This document shows positions 1 through 9,733 of a stretch of DNA of 64,000 bases, piece after piece. This stretch comes from an uncultured Akkermansia sp. (lineage in GTDB: Bacteria; Verrucomicrobiota; Verrucomicrobiia; Verrucomicrobiales; V1-33), in assembly GCA_964523105.1 (NCBI GenBank), contig CAZFZN010000012.1, positions 103,547 to 167,546 of the forward strand. Reading direction: 5' to 3'. The notes under the pieces are model-generated. The model made no database searches and was not told the DNA's origin. It saw only the letters and a list, made by a program, of their open reading frames with translations. Position 1 is the first letter of the stretch. The number at the start of each line of letters is the position of its first letter. The translations under genes were made by a program, and so were the position numbers.

Positions 1-2
1 CT

Positions 3-1970
3 CCCTGGAGCCGCACTTTCACCGTCGTGAGCGATGCCCCCACCGTGACGCTCAGCGAAATCAGCGCCGCAGCCTCCACCGGCCCCGACTGGATCGAACT
101 GCACAATTACGGCACAACCGAGGCGAGCCTCACCGGCTTCAGCCTGTCCGCCGACGACAGTCTGCCGGTCAAATTCACCTTCGGATCCGGTGCCCTCGTA
201 CCGGCCGGCGGCCGCCTGCTCGTGGATGGCACGCAACTCGGATTCAATTTGAACCGCAGCGGCGAAACGATCCGCCTTCAGTCCCCGTCCGGCGCGGATG
301 TGGATGCGGTTGCCTTCGGGCCGCAGATTACCGACCGCACCATCGCCCGCACGCTGCGCGGCTGGCAGCTCAGCACGCCCACGCAGGGCGCTCCGAACAC
401 CGCTGTCTGTGAACTGGGCACGGGCTCGCTCATTCGCATCAACGAATGGCTCGGCAGCAATGACCTCGTGGTGGACGACGATTTCGTGGAACTCTACAAC
501 GGCGAGACCAAACCCGTGAGCATCGCGGGCTGGAGCCTCAGCGACGACTATCGCAACGCGCCGCAGCAGAATGTCTTCCCGCCGCTCAGCTTCCTGCCCG
601 CCAGTGGCTTCCTCGAACTCATCGCGGACGGCGACACCGCCGCCGGAGCCAATCACCTCAGCTTCGGCGTCAGCCGCATTCACGACGGCATCACTCTGCT
701 CAATCCCGCAGGCGCCGTCATGGACAACGTCGTCGTGCTGCCGGGCAATCCCGATATCAGTCAGGGCCGCACGCCCGACGGCAGCGTGAACGTTGCCAGC
801 CTCACGCAGCCGACCCCGGGCTTCAGCAACGGCAGCGATCTCAGCGCCGACAACGCCGTCATCAACGGCCTGCGCATTACCGAACTGATGTTCGATCCTC
901 CCGGCGGCGGTCCTGAGTATGTGGAATTCAAAAACATCAGCGACGGGGACCTCACCATCACCGGCGTGACTTTCGGGAGCGGACTCACATTCACGTTCCC
1001 GGCCCTGACACTTGAAGCGCAGGCCTACGCCGTGATCACCCACGATCTTGCCGCCTTCAATGCGAGGTATCCGGGGGTGCCCGCCACGCAGTGGACCGCC
1101 GGCCGCCTCGACAACAACGGCGAAAGCCTGCGCCTCGAATCCGGCGCCTTCGGTCTCGGCATTCTCGACTTCCGCTACGAAGGCACCTGGTATCCGGAAA
1201 CCCGCAGCGGCGCCTCGCTGGAATTCATCGATCCGAACAACGCCCCGCGCAGCGCATGGGGACTCCAGGCCAGCTGGCAGCCCGCCGTGCCCAGCCCGGG
1301 CGGTCCTGGAGTCTTCGGGGTCGTGGCTCCGCTCGACCTCACGATTCCGTCCGGAAGCGCCGCCATTCTCCACGGCTTCGTCTATCCCGGCGTCCACTCG
1401 CCGGGCAGCATCACCGTGGCATGGAACAAAGTCAGCGGCCCCGGCACCGTCCAGTTCACCGCTCCGAACAACCGTGATACGGACGCCCAATTCTCGGCCC
1501 CCGGCGTCTATGAACTGCGCTTCACCGCCACGCCTCCAGCCGGCGCTCCCGTTAGCGATTCGATGTTCGTCACCGTCGAAGCCGGCTTTGAAAGCTATGC
1601 CGACTGGGCCGCCCGCACCATGGCCTCGGTCCCGGCCGCGCAGCGCACCGTCCCGGCCGATGCCGATCATGACGGTGTCCCCAACGGCGTGGAACACGTT
1701 CTCGGCACCGACCCCGCCGCGCCCAGCGCCGGTCCGGAACTGGTGCTGCAGGGCGGCCGGCTCGCGCTGCGCTACAACGTCGCCGCCAACATCGATCCCG
1801 CGATCCAGATCATCCCGCAAATCACCGACGCCGCCGGCAACTGGCAGTCCGGAGCCGCTTTTCTCGATGAAACGACGGCCGGCACGGTGCACACCGCCAC
1901 GGACAAGGAAAACCCCGGGGCCGAAGTGCGGAAGCTGCTGCGCCTGAAAGTCGTCATTCCGCAGCCCTGA
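3..1970 (+). CDS. Secreted lamin-tail-domain (LTD) repeat protein with PKD-like domain and C-terminal sorting-like domain; 5' partial
   Basis: Frame is open from position 3. Three LTD-like repeats (ISEI..DWIELHN, INEW..DFVELYN, ITELM..EYVEFKN), PKD-like WNKVSGPGTVQF, DADHDGVPNGVEHVLGTDP, C-terminal RKLLRLKV. Confidence 0.8.
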   Translation, partial: PWSRTFTVVSDAPTVTLSEISAAASTGPDWIELHNYGTTEASLTGFSLSADDSLPVKFTFGSGALVPAGGRLLVDGTQLGFNLNRSGETIRLQSPSGADVDAVAFGPQITDRTIARTLRGWQLSTPTQGAPNTAVCELGTGSLIRINEWLGSNDLVVDDDFVELYNGETKPVSIAGWSLSDDYRNAPQQNVFPPLSFLPASGFLELIADGDTAAGANHLSFGVSRIHDGITLLNPAGAVMDNVVVLPGNPDISQGRTPDGSVNVASLTQPTPGFSNGSDLSADNAVINGLRITELMFDPPGGGPEYVEFKNISDGDLTITGVTFGSGLTFTFPALTLEAQAYAVITHDLAAFNARYPGVPATQWTAGRLDNNGESLRLESGAFGLGILDFRYEGTWYPETRSGASLEFIDPNNAPRSAWGLQASWQPAVPSPGGPGVFGVVAPLDLTIPSGSAAILHGFVYPGVHSPGSITVAWNKVSGPGTVQFTAPNNRDTDAQFSAPGVYELRFTATPPAGAPVSDSMFVTVEAGFESYADWAARTMASVPAAQRTVPADADHDGVPNGVEHVLGTDPAAPSAGPELVLQGGRLALRYNVAANIDPAIQIIPQITDAAGNWQSGAAFLDETTAGTVHTATDKENPGAEVRKLLRLKVVIPQP

Positions 1971-2262
1971 AATCGCGCCGGCCCCGGGAACCGGCCCCCG
2001 GCCGAATCGGTCTCTCTCCCGGCCGGCAGGTCCGCAATGGCCCTGCCGGCCCGGTGCCCCGGCGGGCCCGGGCGTCTCCCTTGCGCCGCAGTCCCGGCTG
2101 GCCGCGTTCCGGGGGTGGAATCGGGGGCCTCCCGCGGCCTGCCCGGCCCTCCGTCAGGACCCTGGCGGAAACTTTTCTGCGGCCGGCTCACAAACTGCTT
2201 TACCGCAGCGAAATTCCGGTTCCTCCTCCGCGACTGTCGCGGAGGCATCCGGACGTTAGCAA

Positions 2263-3156
2263 ATGGCCTGCGAAACCACCAGTATAACCGATGCACTCCT
2301 CCATTCCTACGAGGAGCTGGGAGGCATCAATCACCTCGACGGGGCCAACCTGCCGTCGAAGTGCGCCATTGCCGCCCTTTGTGCGGATCTGCTGCAGATC
2401 ATCTTTCCCGGGTTCTACGAGGCTGAGGCGATTCATCGCGGCGAGGTCGCGGCCCTGACAAAAAAACGCATCGCGGATGCCATGGCGCGGCTGGAGGTGG
2501 AATTCCATCCCAGCCTCGCCTCGCAGAAGGACGCGCCCGCCGATGTGGCCGCCGCGGCGCACAGCATCGCCTGTGAATTTCTCCACAGCCTGCCGCGCGT
2601 GCGCGCGCTGTTGAAAACGGACGTGCAGGCCGCCTTCGACGGCGACCCGGCGGCGGAAAGTTATGACGAAGTGATCCTCGCCTATCCGGGCCTGGAGGCC
2701 ATCGCCATTCAGCGGATGGCGCATGTCCTCTATGACTGCGGCATGCCGCTCATCCCGCGCATGATGACGGAATGGGCGCACAGCCGCACCGGCATCGACA
2801 TTCATCCCGGCGCGCAGATCGGCGAATACTTTTTCATCGACCACGGCACCGGTGTCGTCATCGGTGAAACCGCGCGGCTCGGGAATCACGTCAAACTCTA
2901 CCAGGGTGTTGGCCTTGTCGCGCGGTCGCTCGCCGCCGGTCAGCTGCTCAAAGGGAGGCGCCGCCATCCGTGCCTCGAAGACCATGTCACCATTTACGCC
3001 GGCGCCACCATCGTCGGGGACATCACCGTCGGTCAGGGCAGCACCATCGGCGCGAATGTCTTCATTACCGAGAATGTGATGCCCGACAGTGTCGTCGCCC
3101 TCGGTGCGCAGAAGAACGAGGTGAAACTGCGCCGCCGGGCTGTGCCCGCTGCATGA
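2263..3156 (+). CDS. cysE: Serine O-acetyltransferase
   Basis: GDPAA..DEVILAYPG, HSRTGIDIHPGAQIG, FIDHGTGVVIGETA, RHP..EDHVTIYAGATI hexapeptide motifs. Confidence 0.93.
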   Translation: MACETTSITDALLHSYEELGGINHLDGANLPSKCAIAALCADLLQIIFPGFYEAEAIHRGEVAALTKKRIADAMARLEVEFHPSLASQKDAPADVAAAAHSIACEFLHSLPRVRALLKTDVQAAFDGDPAAESYDEVILAYPGLEAIAIQRMAHVLYDCGMPLIPRMMTEWAHSRTGIDIHPGAQIGEYFFIDHGTGVVIGETARLGNHVKLYQGVGLVARSLAAGQLLKGRRRHPCLEDHVTIYAGATIVGDITVGQGSTIGANVFITENVMPDSVVALGAQKNEVKLRRRAVPAA

Positions 3157-3178
3157 ATTCCGCTCCTTTCCCACGGCC

Positions 3179-3805
3179 ATGTCCTCCTCCAGGAAAAAAG
3201 CTCCCCGCCAGCGGCTCGCGCCTTCAGCGCGCCTGCAGCCATCGGGTTCAGTCTTCACGCTCCGGGGAGAACTGCCGCGGTCGGGCGTGGATCACGGCCT
3301 GACGCTGATCGCCCGCGAATGGCTGCGCGCGCTGCGCGAACCCGTGCTCGCTCTGCGGGTGGTGGTGGAGTGGAATACCCGGCTTGTCACTACCGCCGGC
3401 ACCGCGTGCCCCCGCACCGGAGGCATCGAACTCAACCCGCTGCTTCGCGCGCTCGGCCCCGCCCAAATCCGGCGCACCCTGCGCCACGAACTCGCTCATC
3501 TCGTCGCCCACTGGCGCGCCGGCCGGCGCCGCATTCAGACTCACGGCGAGGAATGGCGCGCCGCGTGCGCGGAACTCGGCATTCCCAACGAACCCGCCTT
3601 TCACGATCTGCCGCTCCCCCGCAAACGGCTCACGCGCAAACTCGCCTATCGCTGCCGCCACTGCGGCTTCACCGTGCTCCGCGTGCGCCCGTTTTCCTCC
3701 AGCACCGCCTGCCTCAAATGCTGCAACCGGCTCAACGCCGGAAAATACCACGCCGATTTCCTCTTCCTGCGCATTCCGTTTCCACCGGCGCCTGAAGTGC
3801 GCTGA
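3179..3805 (+). CDS. SprT-like zinc metalloprotease
   Basis: TLRHELAH (HExxH), HGEEWR, C-terminal CRHC...CLKC zinc ribbon. Confidence 0.88.
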   Translation: MSSSRKKAPRQRLAPSARLQPSGSVFTLRGELPRSGVDHGLTLIAREWLRALREPVLALRVVVEWNTRLVTTAGTACPRTGGIELNPLLRALGPAQIRRTLRHELAHLVAHWRAGRRRIQTHGEEWRAACAELGIPNEPAFHDLPLPRKRLTRKLAYRCRHCGFTVLRVRPFSSSTACLKCCNRLNAGKYHADFLFLRIPFPPAPEVR

Positions 3806-3869
3806 ATCCGCCGGCGCCGGGCCGCGATTGCGGCTTCCCATGCCCGCCGTGAGCAGCTACACAGGGGTC

Positions 3870-5384
3870 ATGCGAATCGTCATCCTCCAGCTTCTCCTTT
3901 GTGTGCTTTGTCAGGCACAGTCGCGCCCGAATATCCTCTTCATCTTCTCGGACGACCACGCCGCCCACGCCATCAGCGCCTACGGCAGCAAGGTGAATCA
4001 AACGCCGCACCTTGACCGCATCGCGCGTGAAGGGGTGCGGTTCGACAACTGCTTCGTCACAAATTCCATCTGCACGCCAAGCCGCGCCGTCGTGCTCACC
4101 GGAAAATACTCTCACAAAAACGGAGTGCCGGTGTTCAACCGCTTCGACGGCTCTCAGGCCACGGCGCCCAAACACCTCCAGGCCGCCGGCTACCGCACCG
4201 GGATGGTCGGAAAATGGCACCTCGGCAGTGATCCCGCCGGCTTCGACTACTGGGAGATTCTGCCAGGGCAGGGGGCTTATCACAATCCCGTGCTCTACAC
4301 GGCGCAGGGGCAAAAGACCTTCACCGGCGGCTATGCCAGCGATGTCATCACGGACCTGACTATCGATTTCATCAAAGGCACTCCGAAGGACAAACCGTGG
4401 TTCGTCTTTTGCGGTCACAAGGCCCCGCACCGCGCGTGGGATCCCCATCCGCGCTACGCCGCTTTCAAGGACAAGGTCATTCCGGAGCCGGAAACCCTGC
4501 GCGATGACTACGGCACCCGCACGGACGCCCTGCGCGAAAATGCCCAGACCGTCGCCAGGGACCTCACCCGCAATGACCTCAAGCTCACACCTACGGAGGG
4601 ATTGAAGGGGCCGGAGCGTCAGCGCTGGCTCAATGCCAGGCCTGACGAAGTGGAGGTGAACGGCACAAAGCTCACCGGTGAGGACCTGCTGAAATGGAAG
4701 TACCAGCGCTACATGCAGGACTACCTCGCCTGCGTGCAAAGCGTGGACGACGGCGTGGGCCGGCTGCTGGATTTCCTCGATCAAAGCGGTCAGGCGCAAA
4801 ACACGATCGTCATCTACAGCAGCGATCAGGGTTTCTTCCTCGGCGACCACGGCATGTACGACAAACGCTTCATGTACGAGCACTCCCTGCGCATGCCGTT
4901 CCTCGTCCGCTGGCCCGGAGTCATCAAGCCCGGCACCGTGGAGAAGGCGATGATCATCAATGCCGACTTCGCGCCCACATTTCTCGACGCCGCCGGCCTC
5001 GCCGTTCCAGCGGAAATGCAGGGGCGCAGCATCGTGCCGGTTCTGAAGGGACAGACGCCTGACAACTGGCGCACCAGCATGTATTACCGGTACTATCACG
5101 ACCCCGGACATCACAACACCGCCGCTCACCTGGGCGTGCGCACCCACACGCACAAACTCATCCATTATTGGAAAAAGGACCAGTGGGAGATGTTCGACCT
5201 TCGCAGTGATCCCAATGAATTGAAGAACCTCTACAGCGACCCCGCCCAGGCGGACACCGTCGCCAAACTGAAGGACGAACTCGCCCGGCTGAAGAAAGAA
5301 GTGGATGACCGGGACGAATTCGCCTCCGAATTTCCGCCCGGCGGTGTGGACGGAAGCGTGCAGCAGCTGCGGAACAAAAAGTGA
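3870..5384 (+). CDS. Secreted sulfatase (Cys-type, formylglycine dependent)
   Basis: Signal peptide [16 protein letters not shown]; [38 protein letters not shown]. Start reassigned to ATG 3870. Confidence 0.93.
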   Translation: MRIVILQLLLCVLCQAQSRPNILFIFSDDHAAHAISAYGSKVNQTPHLDRIAREGVRFDNCFVTNSICTPSRAVVLTGKYSHKNGVPVFNRFDGSQATAPKHLQAAGYRTGMVGKWHLGSDPAGFDYWEILPGQGAYHNPVLYTAQGQKTFTGGYASDVITDLTIDFIKGTPKDKPWFVFCGHKAPHRAWDPHPRYAAFKDKVIPEPETLRDDYGTRTDALRENAQTVARDLTRNDLKLTPTEGLKGPERQRWLNARPDEVEVNGTKLTGEDLLKWKYQRYMQDYLACVQSVDDGVGRLLDFLDQSGQAQNTIVIYSSDQGFFLGDHGMYDKRFMYEHSLRMPFLVRWPGVIKPGTVEKAMIINADFAPTFLDAAGLAVPAEMQGRSIVPVLKGQTPDNWRTSMYYRYYHDPGHHNTAAHLGVRTHTHKLIHYWKKDQWEMFDLRSDPNELKNLYSDPAQADTVAKLKDELARLKKEVDDRDEFASEFPPGGVDGSVQQLRNKK

Positions 5385-5487
5385 TCCCAAAGCCGCCGGC
5401 ATCCCGCTCATTTCACTTGCCGGAGGCGCGGCGCTCATGACAAATGAGCACGCGTCCGCGCATCCACCCCAACCACACTTCATTCCC

Positions 5488-6495
5488 ATGCCCCGCACTG
5501 TCACTCTCTTCACCGGCCAGTGGGCCGACCTGCCTCTCGCCACCATGCTCAAGAAGGCCAAATCCTTTGGCTATGACGGCGTGGAACTGGCCTGCTGGGG
5601 CGATCACTTCGAAGTCGCCAAAGCCGACAAGAAATACTGCGACGCCAAACGCGCCCTGCTCAACAAGGCCGGCCTCAAGTGCCACGCCATCAGCACGCAC
5701 CTCGTCGGCCAGGCGGTCTGCGACCTCATCGATGCCCGTCACAAGACCATCCTGCCTGACTACATTTGGGGCGACGGAAAACCTGAAGGCGTCCGCCAGC
5801 GCGCCGCGGAGGAACTCAAAAAGACCGCGGAGGCCGCCCGGCGCTTCGGAGTGCAGGTCGTCAACGGATTCACCGGCAGCAGCATCTGGCATCTCTGCTA
5901 CAGCTTCCCGCCCGTCCTGCCTGGCCAGATCGACGCCGGATACAAGGACTTCGCGAAACGCTTCCTGCCGATTCTCGACGTCTTTGCCAAGAACGGCGTC
6001 AAGTTCGCCCTCGAAGTCCACCCCACGGAAATCGCCTTCGACATCGCCAGCGCCGAGCGCGCCCTTCAGGCCATCGACTATCACCCCGCCTTCGGCTTCA
6101 ACTACGATCCCTCACACTTCGGCTACCAGGGTGTGGACTACGTGGGATTCATCCGCAAGTTCCACGACCGCATCTTCCACGTGCACATGAAGGACGCGGC
6201 ATGGAATCTCGCCGGGGAAGCCGGCGTCTTCGGCGGACACGTGGATTTCCACAAACCCAACCGCTATTGGGACTTCAAGTCCGTCGGCCGCGGCTGCATC
6301 AACTTCGAGAAGATCATCCGTGCGCTCAATGACATCGGCTACACCGGCCCGCTGAGCGTCGAGTGGGAGGACGGCGGCATGGACCGCGAGCACGGCGCCG
6401 CCGAAAGCTGCGCCTATGTCAAAAAGATCGACTTCCCGCCCTCCAATATCGTCTTCGACGCCCAGTTCGACAAGGCAAAGCAAAAGAAGAAGTAG
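5488..6495 (+). CDS. Sugar phosphate isomerase/epimerase (xylose isomerase-like TIM barrel)
   Basis: [51 protein letters not shown]. Start reassigned to ATG 5488. Confidence 0.9.
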   Translation: MPRTVTLFTGQWADLPLATMLKKAKSFGYDGVELACWGDHFEVAKADKKYCDAKRALLNKAGLKCHAISTHLVGQAVCDLIDARHKTILPDYIWGDGKPEGVRQRAAEELKKTAEAARRFGVQVVNGFTGSSIWHLCYSFPPVLPGQIDAGYKDFAKRFLPILDVFAKNGVKFALEVHPTEIAFDIASAERALQAIDYHPAFGFNYDPSHFGYQGVDYVGFIRKFHDRIFHVHMKDAAWNLAGEAGVFGGHVDFHKPNRYWDFKSVGRGCINFEKIIRALNDIGYTGPLSVEWEDGGMDREHGAAESCAYVKKIDFPPSNIVFDAQFDKAKQKKK

Positions 6496-6539
6496 CGCCC
6501 GCCGCCGCGGTGCGGAGTTGAATTACGATCCCGCTGAAG

Positions 6540-6569
6540 AACCCGCCGGCAGGTTGCCTCCGGCGGGTT
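6540..6569. terminator. Probable bidirectional intrinsic terminator between convergent genes
   Basis: Perfect 10-bp stem AACCCGCCGG / CCGGCGGGTT with a 10-nt loop. Confidence 0.65.
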
Positions 6570-6593
6570 TCCTGCGCCGCCGTCCGGAAAAGC

Positions 6594-8663
6594 CTAACGC
6601 TGCCAGAAGGCGGTGCCGTTGAGGTGCGAGGCGACGGCGGCGAGGGCGGCGGCGATGAGGACGACGAAGAGCCAGAGCAGGATGCGGTTGGGTTCGGCGG
6701 GGGGCTCTTCGATGGCGGCATCCGCCGGGAGGTCGTCGTGCAGGCCTGGCAGGGGGCCGTCGAGAAACGTGTGCTCCTCCACTTCCTCCGCCTCTTCCGG
6801 TGTCAGGAAAATGGGGACCGGGACCGAAGCCGTGCGCGCTTTGGCCGCGCCGAAGAGCGCCTCGGCGAACCCGGGCGCGGGTTCTGCGGAAACGTCCGCA
6901 TCGAAGGGCACGGCGTCCTGTCCCAGGGCGACGAACCCGGCCGGGGCAGCCGGCGGCACCGCGGTGGTTCGTCCGCGCGGGCTGACCGGGCCGGTGCGAC
7001 CGGATGGTTTGGGGCTGGCGCGGGAGATGAAGCGATCGAGAAATTCCCGGCGCCCGCCCAGGGCGGCTTCTGTGCGGTTGGAGAGGTGATCGTAAATCAG
7101 CGGACGGACGCGTTCCGGCAGTTCGTCCATGCCGCCCAGCATCCATGCCGCGAGCAGCGCGTAGTCTCTCGCGGTGGGCTGCTGCGCGAAGGAAGGCCCC
7201 CGCGTGCCCGCGGAGGATTCCACCGCGCCGGGTTCACGGTGAATGAGGCGCTCGGGGTTGAACCGCTCCGGCTGCGTGAAATTCAGCGTCACGGGCCACG
7301 AGCGCACGCGGAGCCGGAAGGGCGGCCAGTTTTCGAGCGACAGCCGCTGCAGTTCCACATCCGGCGGCATGGATTCGTCTCCGCCGGGAGCGGTGATTTG
7401 CACAGCGATTTGACGGGGGCTGCGGATGATGGCGGCGAGGCCGATGCTTTCCGCCTCCCGCGCCGCGGCCTCCAGTTGCTGAAGCACCAGCGCAGCCTCG
7501 GCGGGTTCGAGCCGTCCTTTCAGCCGCACCACGGATTCGAGATTCCATCGCCCGGGATACTCCTCCAGCAGCAACTCGGGATGTTCCTTTTCATCCCATG
7601 CGATGACGCGCAGCAGGTGCGGATGATCGCGGGCGCTGATGTTCTCGCCGGCCTGCATGATGAGCCGGGCGTAATCCGGCGGCATGAGCCGCGCCGGCGG
7701 CAGCACCTGCACGGTCACGGGAGTTCGCGTGGCACGCTGCGTGGCGCGGTGACGATAGGGATCAGCCGCATCGAAGGGCTTCAAATCCACCGTGCAGTCG
7801 TCGCCGGCGATATCGGCAATGCCCGCGCCGGTGAGAAAGTGAGGCTGGAGCGGCAGCCGCGGACGCATGGCCGCAGGAACCTTGTCAGGCTTTGCGGCGA
7901 GTTCCGGAGAAAGATCGCGCGTGCAGCGTTCCATGAGGGTGCGCAGCTGTTCGAGGGTGCGCGGGTGATGCTGCATGCCCGGCATGAAGATGGTGCCGAG
8001 CAGGAATCCCAGTTCCGGCGCGATGGCCTGACTGTTCAAATCCAGTGACTCCGCGGGGCCGGAGGGCATGGACCCGGTGAGCATGTAGAGCAGCAGCCGG
8101 CCCGTCTCCTCGATGAGCCGGGCCTCCACCTGGCGGGGATCGGGGGCGCGCACGACCGGGGTGGAAAGCCCGAGGTCGCAAATGCGCGCCGTGAGGTCCT
8201 CGACGCCGTCTCCGGCGAGCGTGATGCCGCAGTTGAGAAGCTCGATGCCGGCCAGCAGCCGCGGGTGTGCCGCAAGGGCGCAAAGTCCCTCCACGACCTG
8301 AGCGACGACCTGCAGCGCCAGCCACGGCGGCAGCGGATTACAGCGCGCCAGCCACGTGTCGAACCGTTCCCCGTCGAGAAACTCGGTAACATAATAATGC
8401 GCTCCGTCGTCCTCGCCGCCTTCGAGGACACCCAGAATGTTGCGGTGCCGCAACGGCGCCGCGAGCTGCACCAGGTGATTGAAGGCCCGCTCGTCGAACG
8501 GCTGGTTTGGCGCGGCAATGGTGACGTGGAGTTCCACAAAAACCTGACGACTCGCATCCATCGCGAGGCAGGCGACTTCAGTGCCGCTGCGCCACAGTTC
8601 CACGGTGCCGCCGGTGCGGTCCTGCGAAATGCGGAACTGGTGGAAAGACTGAAGGGAGGCCAT
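6594..8663 (-). CDS. Membrane-anchored protein with two tandem degenerate Ser/Thr-kinase-like domains
   Basis: Kinase-like segments RHRNILGV..YYVTEFLDG..ICDLGL and DHPHLLRV..LEEYPG; no HRD loop; C-terminal hydrophobic helix ILLWLFVVLIAAALAAVA. Start reassigned to ATG 8663. Confidence 0.7.
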   Translation of the reverse strand: MASLQSFHQFRISQDRTGGTVELWRSGTEVACLAMDASRQVFVELHVTIAAPNQPFDERAFNHLVQLAAPLRHRNILGVLEGGEDDGAHYYVTEFLDGERFDTWLARCNPLPPWLALQVVAQVVEGLCALAAHPRLLAGIELLNCGITLAGDGVEDLTARICDLGLSTPVVRAPDPRQVEARLIEETGRLLLYMLTGSMPSGPAESLDLNSQAIAPELGFLLGTIFMPGMQHHPRTLEQLRTLMERCTRDLSPELAAKPDKVPAAMRPRLPLQPHFLTGAGIADIAGDDCTVDLKPFDAADPYRHRATQRATRTPVTVQVLPPARLMPPDYARLIMQAGENISARDHPHLLRVIAWDEKEHPELLLEEYPGRWNLESVVRLKGRLEPAEAALVLQQLEAAAREAESIGLAAIIRSPRQIAVQITAPGGDESMPPDVELQRLSLENWPPFRLRVRSWPVTLNFTQPERFNPERLIHREPGAVESSAGTRGPSFAQQPTARDYALLAAWMLGGMDELPERVRPLIYDHLSNRTEAALGGRREFLDRFISRASPKPSGRTGPVSPRGRTTAVPPAAPAGFVALGQDAVPFDADVSAEPAPGFAEALFGAAKARTASVPVPIFLTPEEAEEVEEHTFLDGPLPGLHDDLPADAAIEEPPAEPNRILLWLFVVLIAAALAAVASHLNGTAFWQR

Positions 8664-8783
8664 TGCTTGGTCGGTGGGGCGCGTGATGGTAGCACACTTC
8701 GGGCAAACGCTACGACGGATTTTCGCCGCGCGGGCGCGTGTTTCGCGGTGCCGCGAACGAAGGGCCGCAGTTGAAGCGCCCCT

Positions 8784-9308
8784 TTGCACGCGGCGCGGTT
8801 TGGATCACTGTCTCAGCCCGTGAACTCCTCCGCACAGTCTTCCTCTCCTCCCGCGGGCGGCCATCTCGGCCTGCCGCAGCCTTCTTCCGGTGTGATCTCA
8901 CGCTGGGAGGCGCGGGCTGTGCTGGACGACGAAACGGAATGGCGCGTGGTCTATGACACAAAGACGAAACTGGCCACGGTCTTCAATGCCGCCGGCGACG
9001 CCATCGGCTGGACGGAGACCGCGGAGAAGGGAATACGTCAGGTGGTGCTGCCGGACAACCGGCGGCCGCCCGTGTTTTTTCAGGACCGCTGGCTCGGCCG
9101 GCGCGTCTGGATCGGGGACAACGCTTACAGGCCGGTGATGTCGCTCGATGGCCGGAAGCGGGTCTTCGGGGATGATCGCATCAGGCTGGAGCACCGTGAT
9201 TTCGCCAGTGAAGTGCGGTTCCGTGCAGTGCCGGAACTCCTCGTGCCGGCGGCGCTGGTGGCCTTCGAGGTTTACGCCCGGGCGCTATGCGGCGGACGCA
9301 GTGATTGA
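8784..9308 (+). CDS. Hypothetical protein (start uncertain, GTG 8820 possible)
   Basis: Fills the gap between two real genes; globular beta-rich composition with a hydrophobic C-terminal helix; no motif recognised. Confidence 0.55.
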   Translation: MHAARFGSLSQPVNSSAQSSSPPAGGHLGLPQPSSGVISRWEARAVLDDETEWRVVYDTKTKLATVFNAAGDAIGWTETAEKGIRQVVLPDNRRPPVFFQDRWLGRRVWIGDNAYRPVMSLDGRKRVFGDDRIRLEHRDFASEVRFRAVPELLVPAALVAFEVYARALCGGRSD

Positions 9309-9733
9309 CGGTCCTCAGCAACGCTCCCTTGACCGCCGTGCGCGTCCATCGCACCTGCCGTTATGCGTCAGGGCCGCCCATGCACCCTCCTGGTCGCGCC
9401 GGTGCCACTGGTCCGGTTCGAGGATAAAGGTCTCCGGCATTTTTCCATGCACAGCACGCCCGCCGGTTTTCCGGTGCAGAGTGCCATGTTCACGGGCACC
9501 TGGCCGAAAAAATCCCTGCCGATAAACTCCGGTGTCAGGGTTTCATCGGCGGCGTGAAGTGCCAGGGACAGGAGCAGGGGCAGATGGAGACGGGGTATGA
9601 GACGGATGAGCGCTCCGATTTCAGGGGCATGCGGGCGGGCAAATCAATCCGCGTTCGCGCGCAGTTCCCACCTTATCGCGTAGATTTTTTGCGGCCCGCG
9701 GCACGGCAAATGCGCGCAGCATGGCCGGTATCC

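Noticed and set aside
3732-5561. Long antisense or alternative-frame ORFs over sulfatases, priA, parC and others
   Set aside because: Expected in high-GC DNA; each overlaps a gene with clear family motifs and has none itself.
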